64,000 nt of DNA. Source: Vicugna vicugna (lineage: Eukaryota). Position numbers and translations under genes: made by a program. The stretch covers positions 1,913,062-1,977,061 of the forward strand of contig MU057809.1 in NCBI GenBank assembly GCA_013265495.1, written 5' to 3'. Below, in pieces: positions 12,750 to 25,330 of this stretch (its first letter is position 1; each line of letters starts with the position of its first letter). A model generated the notes under the pieces. The model had not been told where the DNA came from, made no database searches, and saw nothing but the letters and a program-made list of their open reading frames with translations.

Positions 12750-13015
12750 CCGGTGATATGCCTCTGATCCTTCTCTTAAAAACCTTCCATCTGAGGTTTT
12801 AGCATCTGCTGATGATTATTGCCTAGAAGCATGATTTCCTCAGGGGTTGGAAAACAGTGCATTTCTAATGATATCGTTCTTTATACTTTTATTAGCCAGA
12901 ATTCTTTATAGAACTTACCCCTCATTGGCTATGTATTTACCCTGAAATAATCTATACTAGAAGGGAGGATACATGCTTGATTTATTTCCTTTATCAATTT
13001 TCAAGTAATGAGCTG
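12190..13015 (-). mobile_element. Old L1 3' UTR (L1MC/ME-like); appears to continue at about 14200-14960
   Basis: 'aatgaaccccatgtacccatcacccagct' and downstream segments are typical of antisense L1MC-type 3' ends. Confidence 0.7.
12709..12748. repeat. (GT)20 microsatellite
   Basis: Perfect dinucleotide run read directly. Confidence 0.97.
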
Positions 13016-13019
13016 ATGC

Positions 13020-13270
13020 TTGCTTGATTATCTACTGCTGCATAACAAATTACCCCAGAATTTAAGGGGCATAAAACAACAACTATTTTATTAAACATCA
13101 TTATTTGATAGGTCAAGAATTTCGAAGAACTTGGCTGGCAGTACTGTTACATGTGGAATAAGGTGTTTAGCTGGTGGATGGGCTGATCTGGAGGGTCCAA
13201 GACAGCTTCACTCACATGTCTAGCCCCTTGGAGGGGATAGTTAGAGTGGTAGGCTCACCTGGGACTGTAT
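13020..13270 (-). mobile_element. MaLR LTR fragment (MLT1H/I-like)
   Basis: 'tctactgctgcataacaaattacccc...ggagggtccaagacagcttcactcacatgtct'. Confidence 0.75.
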
Positions 13271-13274
13271 GTCT

Positions 13275-14195
13275 ATCCTCATGAATTTGAGGATTGGCTT
13301 TTCTTTTTTTTTTTTTAACAAAAAAGATTCTTGGCATTTGATAGAGATTGCATTGAATCTGCAGATCACTTTGAATAGTACTGATATCTTAAGAATATTA
13401 ACTTTTTGATCCATGAACATGAGATGTCTTTCCTGTTATTTAATTGTTGTTTAATTTATTTTAGCAATATTTTGTAGTTTTCAGTGTACAGTTCTTTCAC
13501 CTCCTTGATGAAACTCATTCCTGGGTATTTTATTCTTTTAGATGCTATTGCAAACAGAATTGCTTTCTTAATTTCCTTTTCAGATTGTTTATTGCAGGTG
13601 TATAGAAATGCAGCTGAATTTTGTGTGTTGATTTTCTACTCTGCAACATCGCTGAATTAATTTATTAAGCTCTAGTTCTAGTTGGGATTTTCTGTATGTA
13701 AGATCATGTCATCTTTGAATAGGGAAAGTTAACTTCTTCCTTTCCATATCGGATTCCCTTTTTCTTTCTTTAAATGCTCTGGCTGGAACTTCCACACAAT
13801 GTTGGTAACTGGTGAAAGTGGACGTCTTTGTCTTAATCCTGATCTTCAGTGGGAAGCTTTCAGTCTTTGTGAATGATGTTAGCTGTGGGTTTGTTTCTTT
13901 GTTTGTTTGTTTTTGTAAATATCCTTCATTATTTTTCAGGAAGTTTCCTTCTATTTCTACTTTTTAAAATGTGTGTTTTTTTTTTAAATCATGGGAGGGT
14001 ATTGGATTTTGCCAAATGCCTTTTCTTTCAGTTGTGATTATGTGGCTTCAGTCCTTTGTCCTATTAATGAGGTGCTACACTGATTGGTTTTCTTATGTTG
14101 AAGCACCATTGCTTTCCTGGGTAAATCCAACTTGATCATGGTGTATAACTCTTAATATGCTATTGGGTTCAGTTCTGCTGGTATTTTTTTGAGAC
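13275..14195 (-). mobile_element. L1 ORF2 fragment (L1M)
   Basis: 'ttgatagagattgcattgaatctgcagatcacttt', 'tgtatagaaatgcagctga' and 'aagatcatgtcatct' are antisense L1 ORF2. Confidence 0.88.
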
Positions 14196-14199
14196 CACC

Positions 14200-14960
14200 A
14201 TTAGTTTTTAATAGTTTTGTTGCTTGCTGGAATAACACATGTCTTAGTTTCATCTCGCACTTTTCATCACCTAGCTGTGGAATCAAGCATTTCAGAAAAT
14301 AGCTCTTGTCCCATTTAGGGGAAGCTATTTAGAAACCACAGTTTGGGTTATTGCTTTTTGGTGTTTACAGTGGTCAGAGATAGGAAATACACACATACCG
14401 ATCTCTGAAGTCATGTACACACACACACATATATATTTGTAGTAATATAGTGATAAAGTTTTTTTAAATTTTAAAGTGAAAAACTGATGCTTCAAAATCA
14501 AATGAAAGAGGACTAGGTATTCTTTGTTTTTATATTGATTTTTTTGTATCTTTAGCTGAATGTATATACTACTCATTTTATTTGTCCTATAACTGTGATA
14601 GTTAAAAAACAACGAAACCACAATATTTCTGTTTACAAAAGAGGCCATAGGATGCCATTTGATATTTCTTTGCAGTTCTTTTCCTCTGCGCCACCCCTTC
14701 AGCCTTCAGCTATATCCCTCTGGAGAGATGTGTAGTCAATATTCAGCATTTTAAAGTAACTTGAAGTAATTATTTTCTTTGTGTGGTTATGCCACCAACT
14801 TGATGTGCAGTTTAGTTCACTTTCTATTTCAGTGATAGCCTTTTATTTGTTTTTGCTTAATTTTGTTTTTAAATTATGTAATAGGATTACGTGGTTTCAA
14901 CATTGTAGAACAAGATATATCCAAAGAGATCAGCCTATGTCCCCTTCCTGTTTGTATTAT
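14200..14960 (-). mobile_element. Old L1 3' UTR continuation (L1MC/ME-like)
   Basis: 'tggaatcaagcatttc...gctcttgtcccatttagggga...tatttagaaaccaca' is typical of L1MC-type 3' UTRs. Confidence 0.55.
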
Positions 14961-14974
14961 TTTTATTTTTTCAT

Positions 14975-16282
14975 CTAAGTTGTTCCATTTGTTGGTGTAA
15001 AGTTTTTTTTATAGTATTTACTCATAATCCGTTTAATTTCTGAGGGGTCAGAAATTAAGAGATAATCTTTCTTTCATTTCTGATTTTGTGGTCTGTGCTT
15101 TCTCTACTTTTTCCTGCTAAAGGTTTGTATACTTAAGGATTTGTCAATGTTGTTGATATTTTTAAAGACCAAAAGTAGGTTATCTTAGAAAATTTACTTT
15201 CTATTATTTTTCTGTTTTATGTTTCTTTAATTTCTGCTCCACTTTATTATTTCCTTCATGTTTTCCTGTTTTTCTACATTTGTAAGGCAAATGCTTAGAT
15301 TATTGATTTGAGATCTTTCTTCCTTACTAATATTGACATTTAACATTATAAAATTTCCCTTAAGTTTTGCATTAACTGTGGCCCATACACTTTGACATGA
15401 TGTGTTTTTATATTTGCTGAAATCAAAATCCTTGCTAATTACCTTATTTTTAATTTGCCCATTGTTATTTGGAAATGTGTTGTTTAATTTCCAAATATTT
15501 GTGAATTTTCCAAATTTTCTTTTGTTGTTTATATCTAATTTAACTTCATTATGTTTGGTGATTATACTTTGTATAATTTCAATCCTCTTAAATTTATTAA
15601 TGCTTTTCTTCTTATGGCCTCAGATGTGGCTTATCTTGGAGAATGTTCTTTGTATGCTTGAGAAGAATGTCTGTTTTTCTGTTATTGAGTGTTATTCAAG
15701 TCTTCCATTTCTTTGTTGATTTTCTTTCTACTTGTTTCTATCCACTATCTATTGAAAATGGAGTATTGACATGTTCAACCATTATTTTGAATTGTCTATT
15801 TCCCTCTTTAATTTTGTCAGTTTTAATTTCACATATTTTGGGGCTCTGTTATTAGGAGCATAAATATTTATAATTGTTATTTTTCCTGCTGAATTGACCC
15901 TTTAATCATAAAATTTACCTCCTTTTTTTCCAGTAACAGTTTTTGTCTTAAAGTCTATTTTGTCTGATGTTAGTACAGCTCTACTTTGCTTATCATTTGC
16001 ATAATTTATCTTTATCCTTTTGCTTTCAATTTATTTGTGCCTGTGAATCTAATTTGAGTCTTTTTTAGATAGCATATAGTTGAGTCAAGATTATTTTTTA
16101 CAGTTGTAATGTTTATCTCTGTTTTTTGAATTAAGTGTTTAATCCATTTACATTTACTGTAATTACTGATAAGGTAAGATATACATCTACCATTTTGTTA
16201 TTTATTTTCTACATTTCTTATGTCTTTTTGGTTCATCCATTTTTCTGTTACTGCCTTCTTTTGTAATAGGTAGTTTTTTTCC

Positions 16283-16316
<34 letters not shown>

Positions 16317-17385
16317 TATTTGTTATCTTCTTAGTTGTTATCTTGGGGATTACCATTAACATCTTAATTTAAAGCAATCCAGTTCATATTAATCCTGACG
16401 TAATTTCAGTATTACACAAAATTTTGCTCCCATGTAGCTTTAACCCCTTCTCCCACCTTTATGCTATTTTTGTTACAAATCACATTTTTATACATTATAA
16501 GCCTATTAGTAGTTTTTATAATTATTGCTGTATGCAGTTACCTTTGAAATCAGATAGAAGAAAAGGGTTACACCTTCTTTCCCCCAAAATCTAATTATAC
16601 TGTCTTTTATATTTATTTACGTAATTTCCTTTACTGGTGTTCTTTACTTCTTTACTTTGAGTTATCATTTAGTTTCATTTCATTTCAGATTGAAGAAATC
16701 CCTTTTTTATTTCTTGTAGAGCACATCTGCTAGTGACAAATTCTGTTTTTCTTTATCTGTGAAATTATTAACTTTAATTTTTGAAGGATAGTTTTGCTGG
16801 GTATGTAATTCTTGGTCGATAGTCTTTTTTCTTTCAGCACTTTGAATATATCATTTACTGACTTCTGGCCTCCATGGTTTTTAATGAGAATTAGGCTATT
16901 AATCTAACTTTTTGAAAGACACCCTGCAGACAGGGCTTTTCCTGCTTTAGTGATTTCTGACAGACATCAAATAATGATAATGCCTTGTGAGTAGGGCTTT
17001 TCCAGGGAGTTGAGGCAGGTCCAGTGGTGACAGTGCTCTGGAAATGGTGCTTTCTGAGGAGGTCCGAACCCAGTGGCTGCAGGGCTACAGGTCTTCACAG
17101 TTACTGGGATTGGGATGCTGCTCGTTTGCAAGGTTGCTGATTTTTAAGGCTAATTCAGAGGTTAGGAGAGGGGGATACAATTGTCCATATTAAAATGCCA
17201 TAGTCCCGTCTGTTCTAACCAAGGTTTATCAGTTCTCCTGGGATAGTACTCCTTGGATTATTGTTAGCTTTTGGTTAATTTCCAGAATTTTGAAAAAGTT
17301 AATTTTCACAATTTTGTCAGCATTTTCATTGCTCTTTCGTTGGGAGCATGTATGCAGGTCCTCCCTCTACTATTCTGGAAGGATG
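14975..17385 (-). mobile_element. L1 fragment covering the ORF2 5' part, an ORF1 edge and an L1MD-like 5' end
   Basis: T-rich antisense L1 ('tgtttaatttccaaatatttgtgaattttccaaa', 'tttttgaaggatagttttgctgggtat', 'ttctggcctccatggttt'), then the 5'-end-like 'ttggttaatttccagaattttgaaaaagtt'. Confidence 0.8.
16287..16314. repeat. (GT)14 microsatellite
   Basis: Perfect dinucleotide run read directly. Confidence 0.95.
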
Positions 17386-17574
17386 GGGGTACCGCTACTG
17401 GGTGATTTTTATTATTGAAACCTTTTTCTGGAAGGTGGTATTGGAGTGTTGGTAGAGTTCAGCAGTGCTCCCAGACCCCTTCAAGTACAGGACCCATAGA
17501 AAGCGGTAACCTCATGGTTTGTTGGGGGAATAGAAAGGCCACTCAGGGACACAGTGCTTGAACAGCCACAGTTC

Positions 17575-17700
17575 ACTGGCTGTGAAGACCTGACTTTGAT
17601 TTCTGGATTTACTTCTTACTTATACTTTGGTTAGTTACAGTACTCCTCTGAGCCTCAGCTTACCTGTCTGAACTATGGGAATAGTTCTGCCTGTTTGCAA
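17575..17700 (+). mobile_element. MIR fragment
   Basis: 'cctctgagcctcagcttacctgtctgaactatgggaata'. Confidence 0.65.
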
Positions 17701-19194
17701 TGATTTTGTATCTACTAGTTTTAGAATATAAAAATTACCCCTTAGTTTCTCAGATATTTAAAATGTAAAACAACATTTGAATATTGGCCAAAATGAGAGC
17801 AAATGGCATTTGTACAAAGGCATCGCTGCTCAGTTTTATTGTTGCTATCTGGATATGAAGACCAGCACACAGCATTTGCCAGGAGTTGGTACTGATGCTC
17901 CCATACATTTGTGTGGCTGTCTTACTGCTTTTGTCAATTAGGAGGTGTACACAGCTGCTGTGTGGGTACCTTGTGCAAGCTATTTGGGCGATATAAAGCA
18001 GCAGAAAACTGGGTCCTACCCTTATGTACCTCAGTCTGGCTCATGAGGTATGGCTTTTATGTGAGCCATAAATGACAAAGTGGTGTCATTTACAGAAAAT
18101 AATATACAGAAAATAAGTGTAAAAAGACCTTAAGGAAGGGAAAAGCTCCATGTGGCTTAGTGTCTTGCACCCAGTAGGATATGCAGGAGATGTGTGTAAG
18201 ATTTAATTGAGAGTCTTAGGAGGAGATGTAATGAGGACTTGAGAATTGACTGCTCAGACATAAAGGATGCTGAAGTCTGGCTATTCAGAGAGTAATGGGG
18301 GAAGTACTTCAATAGTTTTTATTGTGTCTTCCCAAGAAATTTACTTAGAAGCACAACCATTTCTGAAGAGGCAAAGACGAAGTTTTAGAAAAGAAATTTC
18401 TCCTAGACACTATTATAAAGTTTGAGTATTTCTATTATGATTTTATTACTTCCCATCTGTGGTAGATGTTTTATTGAAATTATTTGGATGTTATCATCAA
18501 GCTGTGACAATGATGCTTTAAAGGTCAGACACAAAACACAATTAAGTTTTCCAAGTGAAATAAGAATATGCATTGTGAAAGGCAAATAATTTGAAGTGGT
18601 TTCTTTTTTTTTGTACGGGCCATTTTATGATGACATTTTGAGGTGTTTAAATAGATCACTGTGTTGTTTTTCTTCTTGATTGCAATTTTCCCTTTACTAT
18701 TTGTGTAGCTTAAAAATAGAAGCCAATGTGTTTAAGTTTCAACATTATTGAGTCTTATGGTTAATATAAACTTTATTCTAAACCCAATAGTAGGTTCTAT
18801 TATAACTCTGTGGAAACATTATTAAAATTATTTTGCTCTTATGTAAATGTGATGGCTTCTGATTGATAGAGATTTAATTATGCTCACATTGGTTTCTTAT
18901 AAATTGGATGAACCAACATTTCAGTACCTCTGTCATTTGCTTTACTCATTAGGAGAGCTCTGAGTCTCTCTGCCTAAAATTTTGTAATTTTATTTTATTT
19001 TACTTTCTTTTCCCATACAAGTAGTGAATGATTGTTCTTTTAAATGTTTTGAAATTAATACTGAAAAACATTTTAGTTATTGCCTACCTTAGGTTATTTT
19101 AATATTATGATTATCTAACAGTGTTTTCTGTTTGATTTGTGGTGATAACTCATAAACGCCACTGAAAAAATAGACATTTTGGTTCTAATATAAG

Positions 19195-19241
19195 GAGCAA
19201 CTGTTTAGGAAGCAGTGTAATGAGCAACTGTTTAGGAAGCA
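19195..19241. repeat. Perfect 20-bp direct repeat, period 27
   Basis: GAGCAACTGTTTAGGAAGCA at 19195-19214 and 19222-19241, spacer GTGTAAT. Confidence 0.95.
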
Positions 19242-21129
19242 AAGAAAAATTTCTTTGAACCTGTGAGCAAAATGACAGATGATACCTAACTCCCTGAGTA
19301 AAGAGTGGAAAGAACACAAGTATGATGAGGAAGAGGGATTCAGCATCATGTTTGTTTTTGATGTAAAATAGCCCAGTAGTTACTGTCTGTTAAAATAGAC
19401 CAGCACTGCTGTCTCCATACCGATTGCTCCCCTGTGTGCCGTCTCTGAGTCTGGGGGCTGGAGCAGTGTATTTCAGGTTGAGTTGAAGCCGTGTGATGTG
19501 TAAGTATGTGTGTATGTATCTGCATCTACCTACCTATCTCAGGTCACAGAGAATTGATAGCACTATTATTAACAGAGCCTGTTGGCTTTTCGTTGTTTAT
19601 CTAAACGACTGATTAGTCTGGCTTGACATTGTTTTAGGGGTAGATTAATATTCAGTGGAAAGGGAATTTGAAGTGATTAAAATTATTAAATACTTCTAAA
19701 CTGGTTTTGAAAGCTTCTCTGGGCTGAAAGCCAGTTGACTGTCAGTATTTTTATGTGACTGAGGTCAGTTACTTCAGAGCTTGAACAACTGCAGGCATGG
19801 TAAGTGGTTCAGCTGTGCCCAGTGGTGCAATACAGGGTCCTTTTAAATGCTGCCGTAATTGGCGTTTTAGTAAATGTGGTTTGATTGGACAAGAATGTAA
19901 AAGCTGTTTTGGAATATTTTCAGAGGCAGAAGTTTAAAATAATATCACTGGTTAATTTTGTGTTCTGTAATGTATATAATAAGATTGAGGTTTCAGTGTT
20001 TGTATTAAGTAAACGAAGGTACTCAGTGAGCTTTTTATATACGAGGACTTGCCAGTACGTAGAAAGAGTCTGAGCAAAACCAGTTGATTTAGAAAGCTGA
20101 ACTAGTTGACTAGACGCCTGGGTTCGATCCTCGTGCTACCAGCCACCTGTTCGACTTTGGGAAGTCTTAATATTCTCATGGTTAAAGAGGATCTACTCCA
20201 GCCCTCTCCTTCGTAAAACTTCCTTAGTCTTGGAATATTTTTTGAAAGAAGCATGCGTGGCATTAGGAGCTGTATGGGTACTCTGCTGTTACAGGAGCTT
20301 AAAGATGGAGGGGGAGTAGAGTAATTCGAGGGCCACATCTGAAAACCCATAGCCTCGTTGCTAGACAGAGCTGCACAGATGTACACACCGTGAGTGCACA
20401 AGTCGGAAACAAGGAGCACCAGCTCATCCTGAGCACTCTACGTGAGAACACCCTTACAGGTGTGTGCTCTCACTCCCACCGTCTCTGCGCTTCTTTAGTC
20501 TCACACTAGACTGTTTTACCCGCCTTTTGCCTTGGAAGGATTTTGAGTTTACTCCACCCTGGGGTGACATGCAGAAGTAAATGAGAGGCGAGTGACATCG
20601 TCAGATAGGCTTGTAAGAAAGCTTACTTAGCAAGCAGTGCAGGGTGGACAGAGCAGCGTCAACAGTAGCGGCTGGGTAGCTAACCCCATACGAAAGTTCA
20701 CACCAGTGTTCTTGATTTTATTTCATTACTGTCTTCCTCCGTATAGTTTTGTATATGAGTTTTTTCAAACAAAATGTAGAACAAGTTACTCCAAATGATT
20801 TTTTTGCCCTCATTTAAAAGCTGACGCGTTGAAATATGAACGCAGTCAGTAAACAGCTCACTGAGCTTATCTTGGCATAGACGTGGCTGCGTGTGTTGCA
20901 CTGGTCCCCTGGCTTCGGAGACCTGTACTGTGTCTGCATCCTGACGCATGTGTAGGTACCGCGGCACAGATAGGTCTGTGGGAGAGCCCGTCAGGTAGCC
21001 AGGAGATGGAAACCCCTGGGCTTGTGCTTAAGGAGACGTTTCTGTTTCCCTACTGTTTGTGTCGCAGGGAGACTTGCTGGCTTAGTTTTCCTCCCCTGCT
21101 TCCCTGCCTGGTGTAATATTGTCAAGATT

Positions 21130-21270
21130 GGATACTCCGGAGGCAGACAGACCTTGTTCAGATTTTGCCTCTCCTTCTTCAACTTTGGGCCAGTTCATTA
21201 ATCTGCCTGAGTTTTGGTTTCTTACTTGATGGATTGTTTTGTGGATGAAATGAAACATCATACTGAAAAC
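21130..21270 (+). mobile_element. MIR fragment
   Basis: 'ggaggcagacagacct...ctttgggccagttcattaatctg...ggattgttttgtggatgaaatga'. Confidence 0.6.
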
Positions 21271-22359
21271 ATTTACCTTCCTCATCCATATTAGGGCCCT
21301 GAACGAGGACAAGCCAGTCTCCTAGTGTTTGGATGTGTTTGATAAAGAGGGATATTTAAGGGAAAATATTTATCTCTGATCATTCATGAAAGATTTTTTT
21401 AAATGAGTCAGAAACCACACACATCCACATATAAACACATAACATATACATAAGGAGACTTACATGTGTGCATGAATACAGTGATATAAACACACAATGA
21501 ATTTAGGAAGGTAATTGATGAATGGATAATGAGTTTCCATTTGTAAAATGATCACAAACAGGACATTTGTAATGTAAGCATCCCACGTTTATACTGAAAC
21601 AGAAAAGCAGAAAATATCCTTTTCTAATTTTTAGCTCTTCGTTTGTGGACAAGACTGAGTAAGCTGCAGAGTGGGTGAGGCACAGAGAAGTGGTTGCCGA
21701 GAGGACCAGGAATCCTAGAGGAAATTCCCCTGAAATTGCTTCGTCTCTCCGTAATGGGTAGGAAAAACCCAGAAACAAAACCCAGACAGTGAGCAGAGAC
21801 AGGGAGTATGGTCTGCACTGATGAAGCTGGGGGGAAAGAGTCCGTGCAAGTCGGGTTTTGTTTCTCCCTTAGTTCACAACCTACTCAGAATTTACTGGGC
21901 TTCCTGGGACTTCGTATTAAAAATTTCGGAGATCACAGAAGGAATTTTCAAACAACTTAATCTTTGCTGATAGACATTACCGAACGTTTGTTCTTTCAAC
22001 GACTGATTGAAGACAAAGCTTCTGGGGGCCTTCTTGCATGGCGCCAGGCTTCACAGATTTTTGCATCCTGCTAAGTGGTGTTTTCTGTGACCACTGCCAC
22101 GGCTGAATGGTCTCAGCAACCGGCTTAAATATCTGCGATTAAAAGCTGTAGATGAAAGAACAGATAAATGAAGGAAAAAATAACCGCATTGACCGTGTAT
22201 TTACGTACAGAAATACGTTTATCCCAGTGTGCGAAATGCAGCTAGTCTCCTTTAATAAATGAAATTTATTTCCAGGATTCCAGCTATGTGTGAGTGACAT
22301 AGATCATAATATTTAATTTACTTACAAAATTCCAAGCTGGGTACTGTAATTGAAAATGA

Positions 22360-22620
22360 AGATTATTTAGCAAATGTTTCTTGGGTGCTTATTAAATGTT
22401 AGGCACTGTTCTAGCACTGGGCACACAGGAGTGCCTAAGAATTGGTCCTTCCCTTCAAGGAGTTCCAGTTTTGTGGCAGAGACAGAATTGTAGCATATCC
22501 TATAACTGGTCCTTACTGAGTGACTACCATGTGCCACGCATGGCACCAGGCTCTGGAGAAAGAGGCAGACGGTGTCCTGCTCTCAGCCGGTGCTGTGAAT
22601 GGTAGGAGACAGGTGTAGGC
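22360..22620 (-). mobile_element. Two short L2 3'-end fragments
   Basis: 'agcaaatgtttcttgggtgcttatt...aggcactgttctag' and 'ttactgagtgactaccatgtgcca'. Confidence 0.6.
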
Positions 22621-24234
22621 GGGGCCTCGGAAGCACAGACAGAACCTACAGAGAACCAGCTAAAGGCTGGTGTGTTGTGATGAGCTGGACGATGCCAGAT
22701 TTCTTTTGTCTCAAATAAATTCACTTTATGACTGTAATGTTAGTTTCCCTCTATTTTATGGAATTACTTAACAGTCCTCAGTCCTTAATTATAAACATTG
22801 GCCTCATTGATTTTTTAAAAATTTGCAATCTTGCTTTTATTTCTAAAGGAAGTTATGAACAAATTCCATACAGCATGCCATTTGACAAATTACTGAAAAA
22901 AATATTTAAATAATACATTTGAGTATCTCATTTATCTTGTCATTCAAGGAGATTTTGCCAGTTACTCTTTGCTTCCTATATGTTGAATTGATCCTTTTCA
23001 AACACCTGTTTATAGAAACTTATTGATTTGATCTGTACTTGAATTAGCTGTTTACATTTGACATGTTGGACAGACAGTACTGTAGATTGCTCTATTTGTG
23101 AGTTGTCAGTTTTATTTTAATGTGCATTTCTAAAGTGTGCCGATAGAACTTTACATGCTTTTGCACATTCAACTGTATTCACTAACATTGATAATAATAA
23201 TGCATCATACAATGGCACCACCATTTATTTAACAAAGGCTTTGCCATATTTATTTAGTAGTTTCCAGTTTTGAAATAATTAAGCAGTGCTGATCTACAGT
23301 TCCCATTGCATTTTAAAGACCCAGCTAGTTAATTAGCTTAAGTGGTTCTGTCGGCCCTGTTGACAGTTGGAGGCACATAGTGCTGGCTGTCGAGCTGCTA
23401 AAATGAAACGTGTAACAGTGGCATTCTCGTGGTTAGCTTCTTTCTCTCCCCACCCCCGAGATATGACGTGACATAAAAACAAAACCAGATAATGGAACTG
23501 ACACTTTTCTTCTGATTAACATGGGCCTTTTCATTCCATTTGGGTTGGTGTTCTCCCACCCCTTTGCCTTGCTGAGGCTTCACCTCCTCATCTCATGTCT
23601 GCATGTCTTCATCCCCCCTTTCCCGTACAATGGTCTCTTTTCAGGTTTTATTACAGGTTTGGTTTGGATGCCCTCAGGCCCATTGGAAGAGTACCCATCA
23701 CGGTGAGGTCACGTATCTGCTCTACGCCTGTCGTCTGGTCCCCATGCAGTCAGTGGCCTTATTCCGCCTTTCTCCCTCCACGGCCTTTCAGACATCCTTT
23801 ACGGGGGGACTCTGAGGTGTGGCTGCTTCCTGTTTTCATCAAACTTTGTATAAATTATGGAATTATTCCACAGCATACATTTAGTGTAGTTTGTTTGGCT
23901 CCCAAATCCAGCCCTGTGGCAGGACACGGGTAGAGGAAGTGGAGAGAAGGTGTCCCAGCAGGAAGAAAGCCAGACGGGGGCTGGACTGAGACCACAGCGG
24001 CCGAGCGGAGCGGCAGGGCGACTGTGAGTTCCACCCCGGGAGCCGCGCCTTGTGTGGAGGTGGGGCGGGTGCAGGGGAGTGGAGTGTGGAGTTTGATTTT
24101 TGACAGTCTTATGTTTGTGTTGGTGAGGCACCATGTGGAAATCCCCTAGCAGAGTTCACGTGGATATATTTGGTGGGGCATACGTTTGAGAGTCACACCC
24201 TGCAGGCAGGCACAGTAGCAGTCCCGGCTTATTG

Positions 24235-24417
24235 AATGCCTGTCGGCTGCTGTGACCGGGGCCGTATGGTGGTGCTCTCTGTGTCTAGATTTCCTCCTCT
24301 GTAAGAGGGGTAAGAAGCAGGATTGTTGTGAGGGTTAAATGAGCTAATGTGTGCAAAGTGCTTAACAGTTTCTAGCATATAATAACGGATAGTAAATGCT
24401 GGCTATCATCATCATCA
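24235..24417 (+). mobile_element. MIR SINE
   Basis: 'ggattgttgtgagggttaaatgagctaatgtgtgcaaagtgctta...taaatgctggctatcatcatc'. Confidence 0.85.
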
Positions 24418-24456
24418 CAACTTAATCCAACATGTGTCTGGAAAGAGGTATTATTA

Positions 24457-24787
24457 TAGGTGACCCTTGAACAAAGCTAGAGTTGGGGGAGCCGTCCCCC
24501 TGCAAAGTAGAAAATCTGCACAAGACTTCTGTTGCCCCCCCAACTAGCTATTAAAAGCCTGCTATTGACCGGAAACCTTACCAATAACATGAACAATTGA
24601 TTAACACGTATTTTGTATATGTATTAAATGCTGTATTCTTACAATAAAGTAAGCTAGAGCAAAGATGTTTTAAGAAGATCAGAAGGAAGAGAAGGTACCT
24701 TTACAATACATATATGTGTGTATTGAAAAAAATCTGTGTCTAAGTGGACCTGTAGAGTTCAAACCCGTGCTGTTCAAGGATCAACTG
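24457..24787. mobile_element. Tigger2-family non-autonomous DNA transposon, inserted into a MIR
   Basis: TIRs 'taggtgacccttgaacaa' / 'ctgttcaaggatcaactg', with TA on the left and CA (decayed TA) on the right; internal 'aagtggacctgtagagttcaaacccgtg' is typical of Tigger2. Confidence 0.88.
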
Positions 24788-24915
24788 CATATATTTTATA
24801 GACGAGGGATGTGTGGCTCAAGCAGCTTAACTACTTAACTGCTCTGCCAAAGGTCATGTAGCTAGTAAATGGCAGTCAGAATTTGAACTCAGGTCAAACC
24901 ATATTCCAGCTTCGC
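24788..24915 (-). mobile_element. MIR (the half resuming after the Tigger2 insertion)
   Basis: 'attttatagacgaggga...gccaaaggtcatgtagctagtaaatggcagtcagaatttgaactcaggtc'. Confidence 0.8.
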
Positions 24916-25149
24916 TTGTCTCTCTCCTTCCTGTGTTCACTCTTCAACAGAGGCTGCAGGGTGTAAGGAAGATATAGAGGACGAAATACCTCACCCACAG
25001 AAAGGTGCTTTGAGTGTTAAATGGACAGCGCCCTTTCAAAACACTGGAAGGAGAGCTTTTCAGTGACAATGATCATTTTAAGAGAGAAAACCTTACAGAA
25101 AGATGAAGAGGAATCTGAGAACTGCTGGGGAAGAATGAAAGGGAAAGAG

Positions 25150-25330
25150 AGGGAAGATCCAACAGCACAAAGCAGAGTCTGAAAGAACAAGGGGACAGAG
25201 GAGGCAGGGCATGCATTTCTGCATTTAGGGACAAGAGAGCTTCAAAAAGTACCTGTTGGTTGACGTTGTCAAGTGCTGCGCTGAGGTCGAGGAGAATAAG
25301 ACCTGAGAAGAGGCAGTCGGAGTCACGCTT
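25150..25330 (-). mobile_element. L2 reverse-transcriptase relic
   Basis: ORF 25073-25504(-) contains LFSGLILLDLSAALDNVNQQVLFEALLSL, matching the L2 RT motif (LILLDLSAAFDTVDH-type). Confidence 0.8.

Noticed and set aside
19195..19241. CRISPR-like repeat-spacer-repeat
   Set aside because: Only two copies, a 7-bp spacer, mammalian context and no cas genes.
19478..19500. 23-nt micro-exon CAG|...|GTAAGT
   Set aside because: No real polypyrimidine tract upstream, and the length is not frame-preserving.
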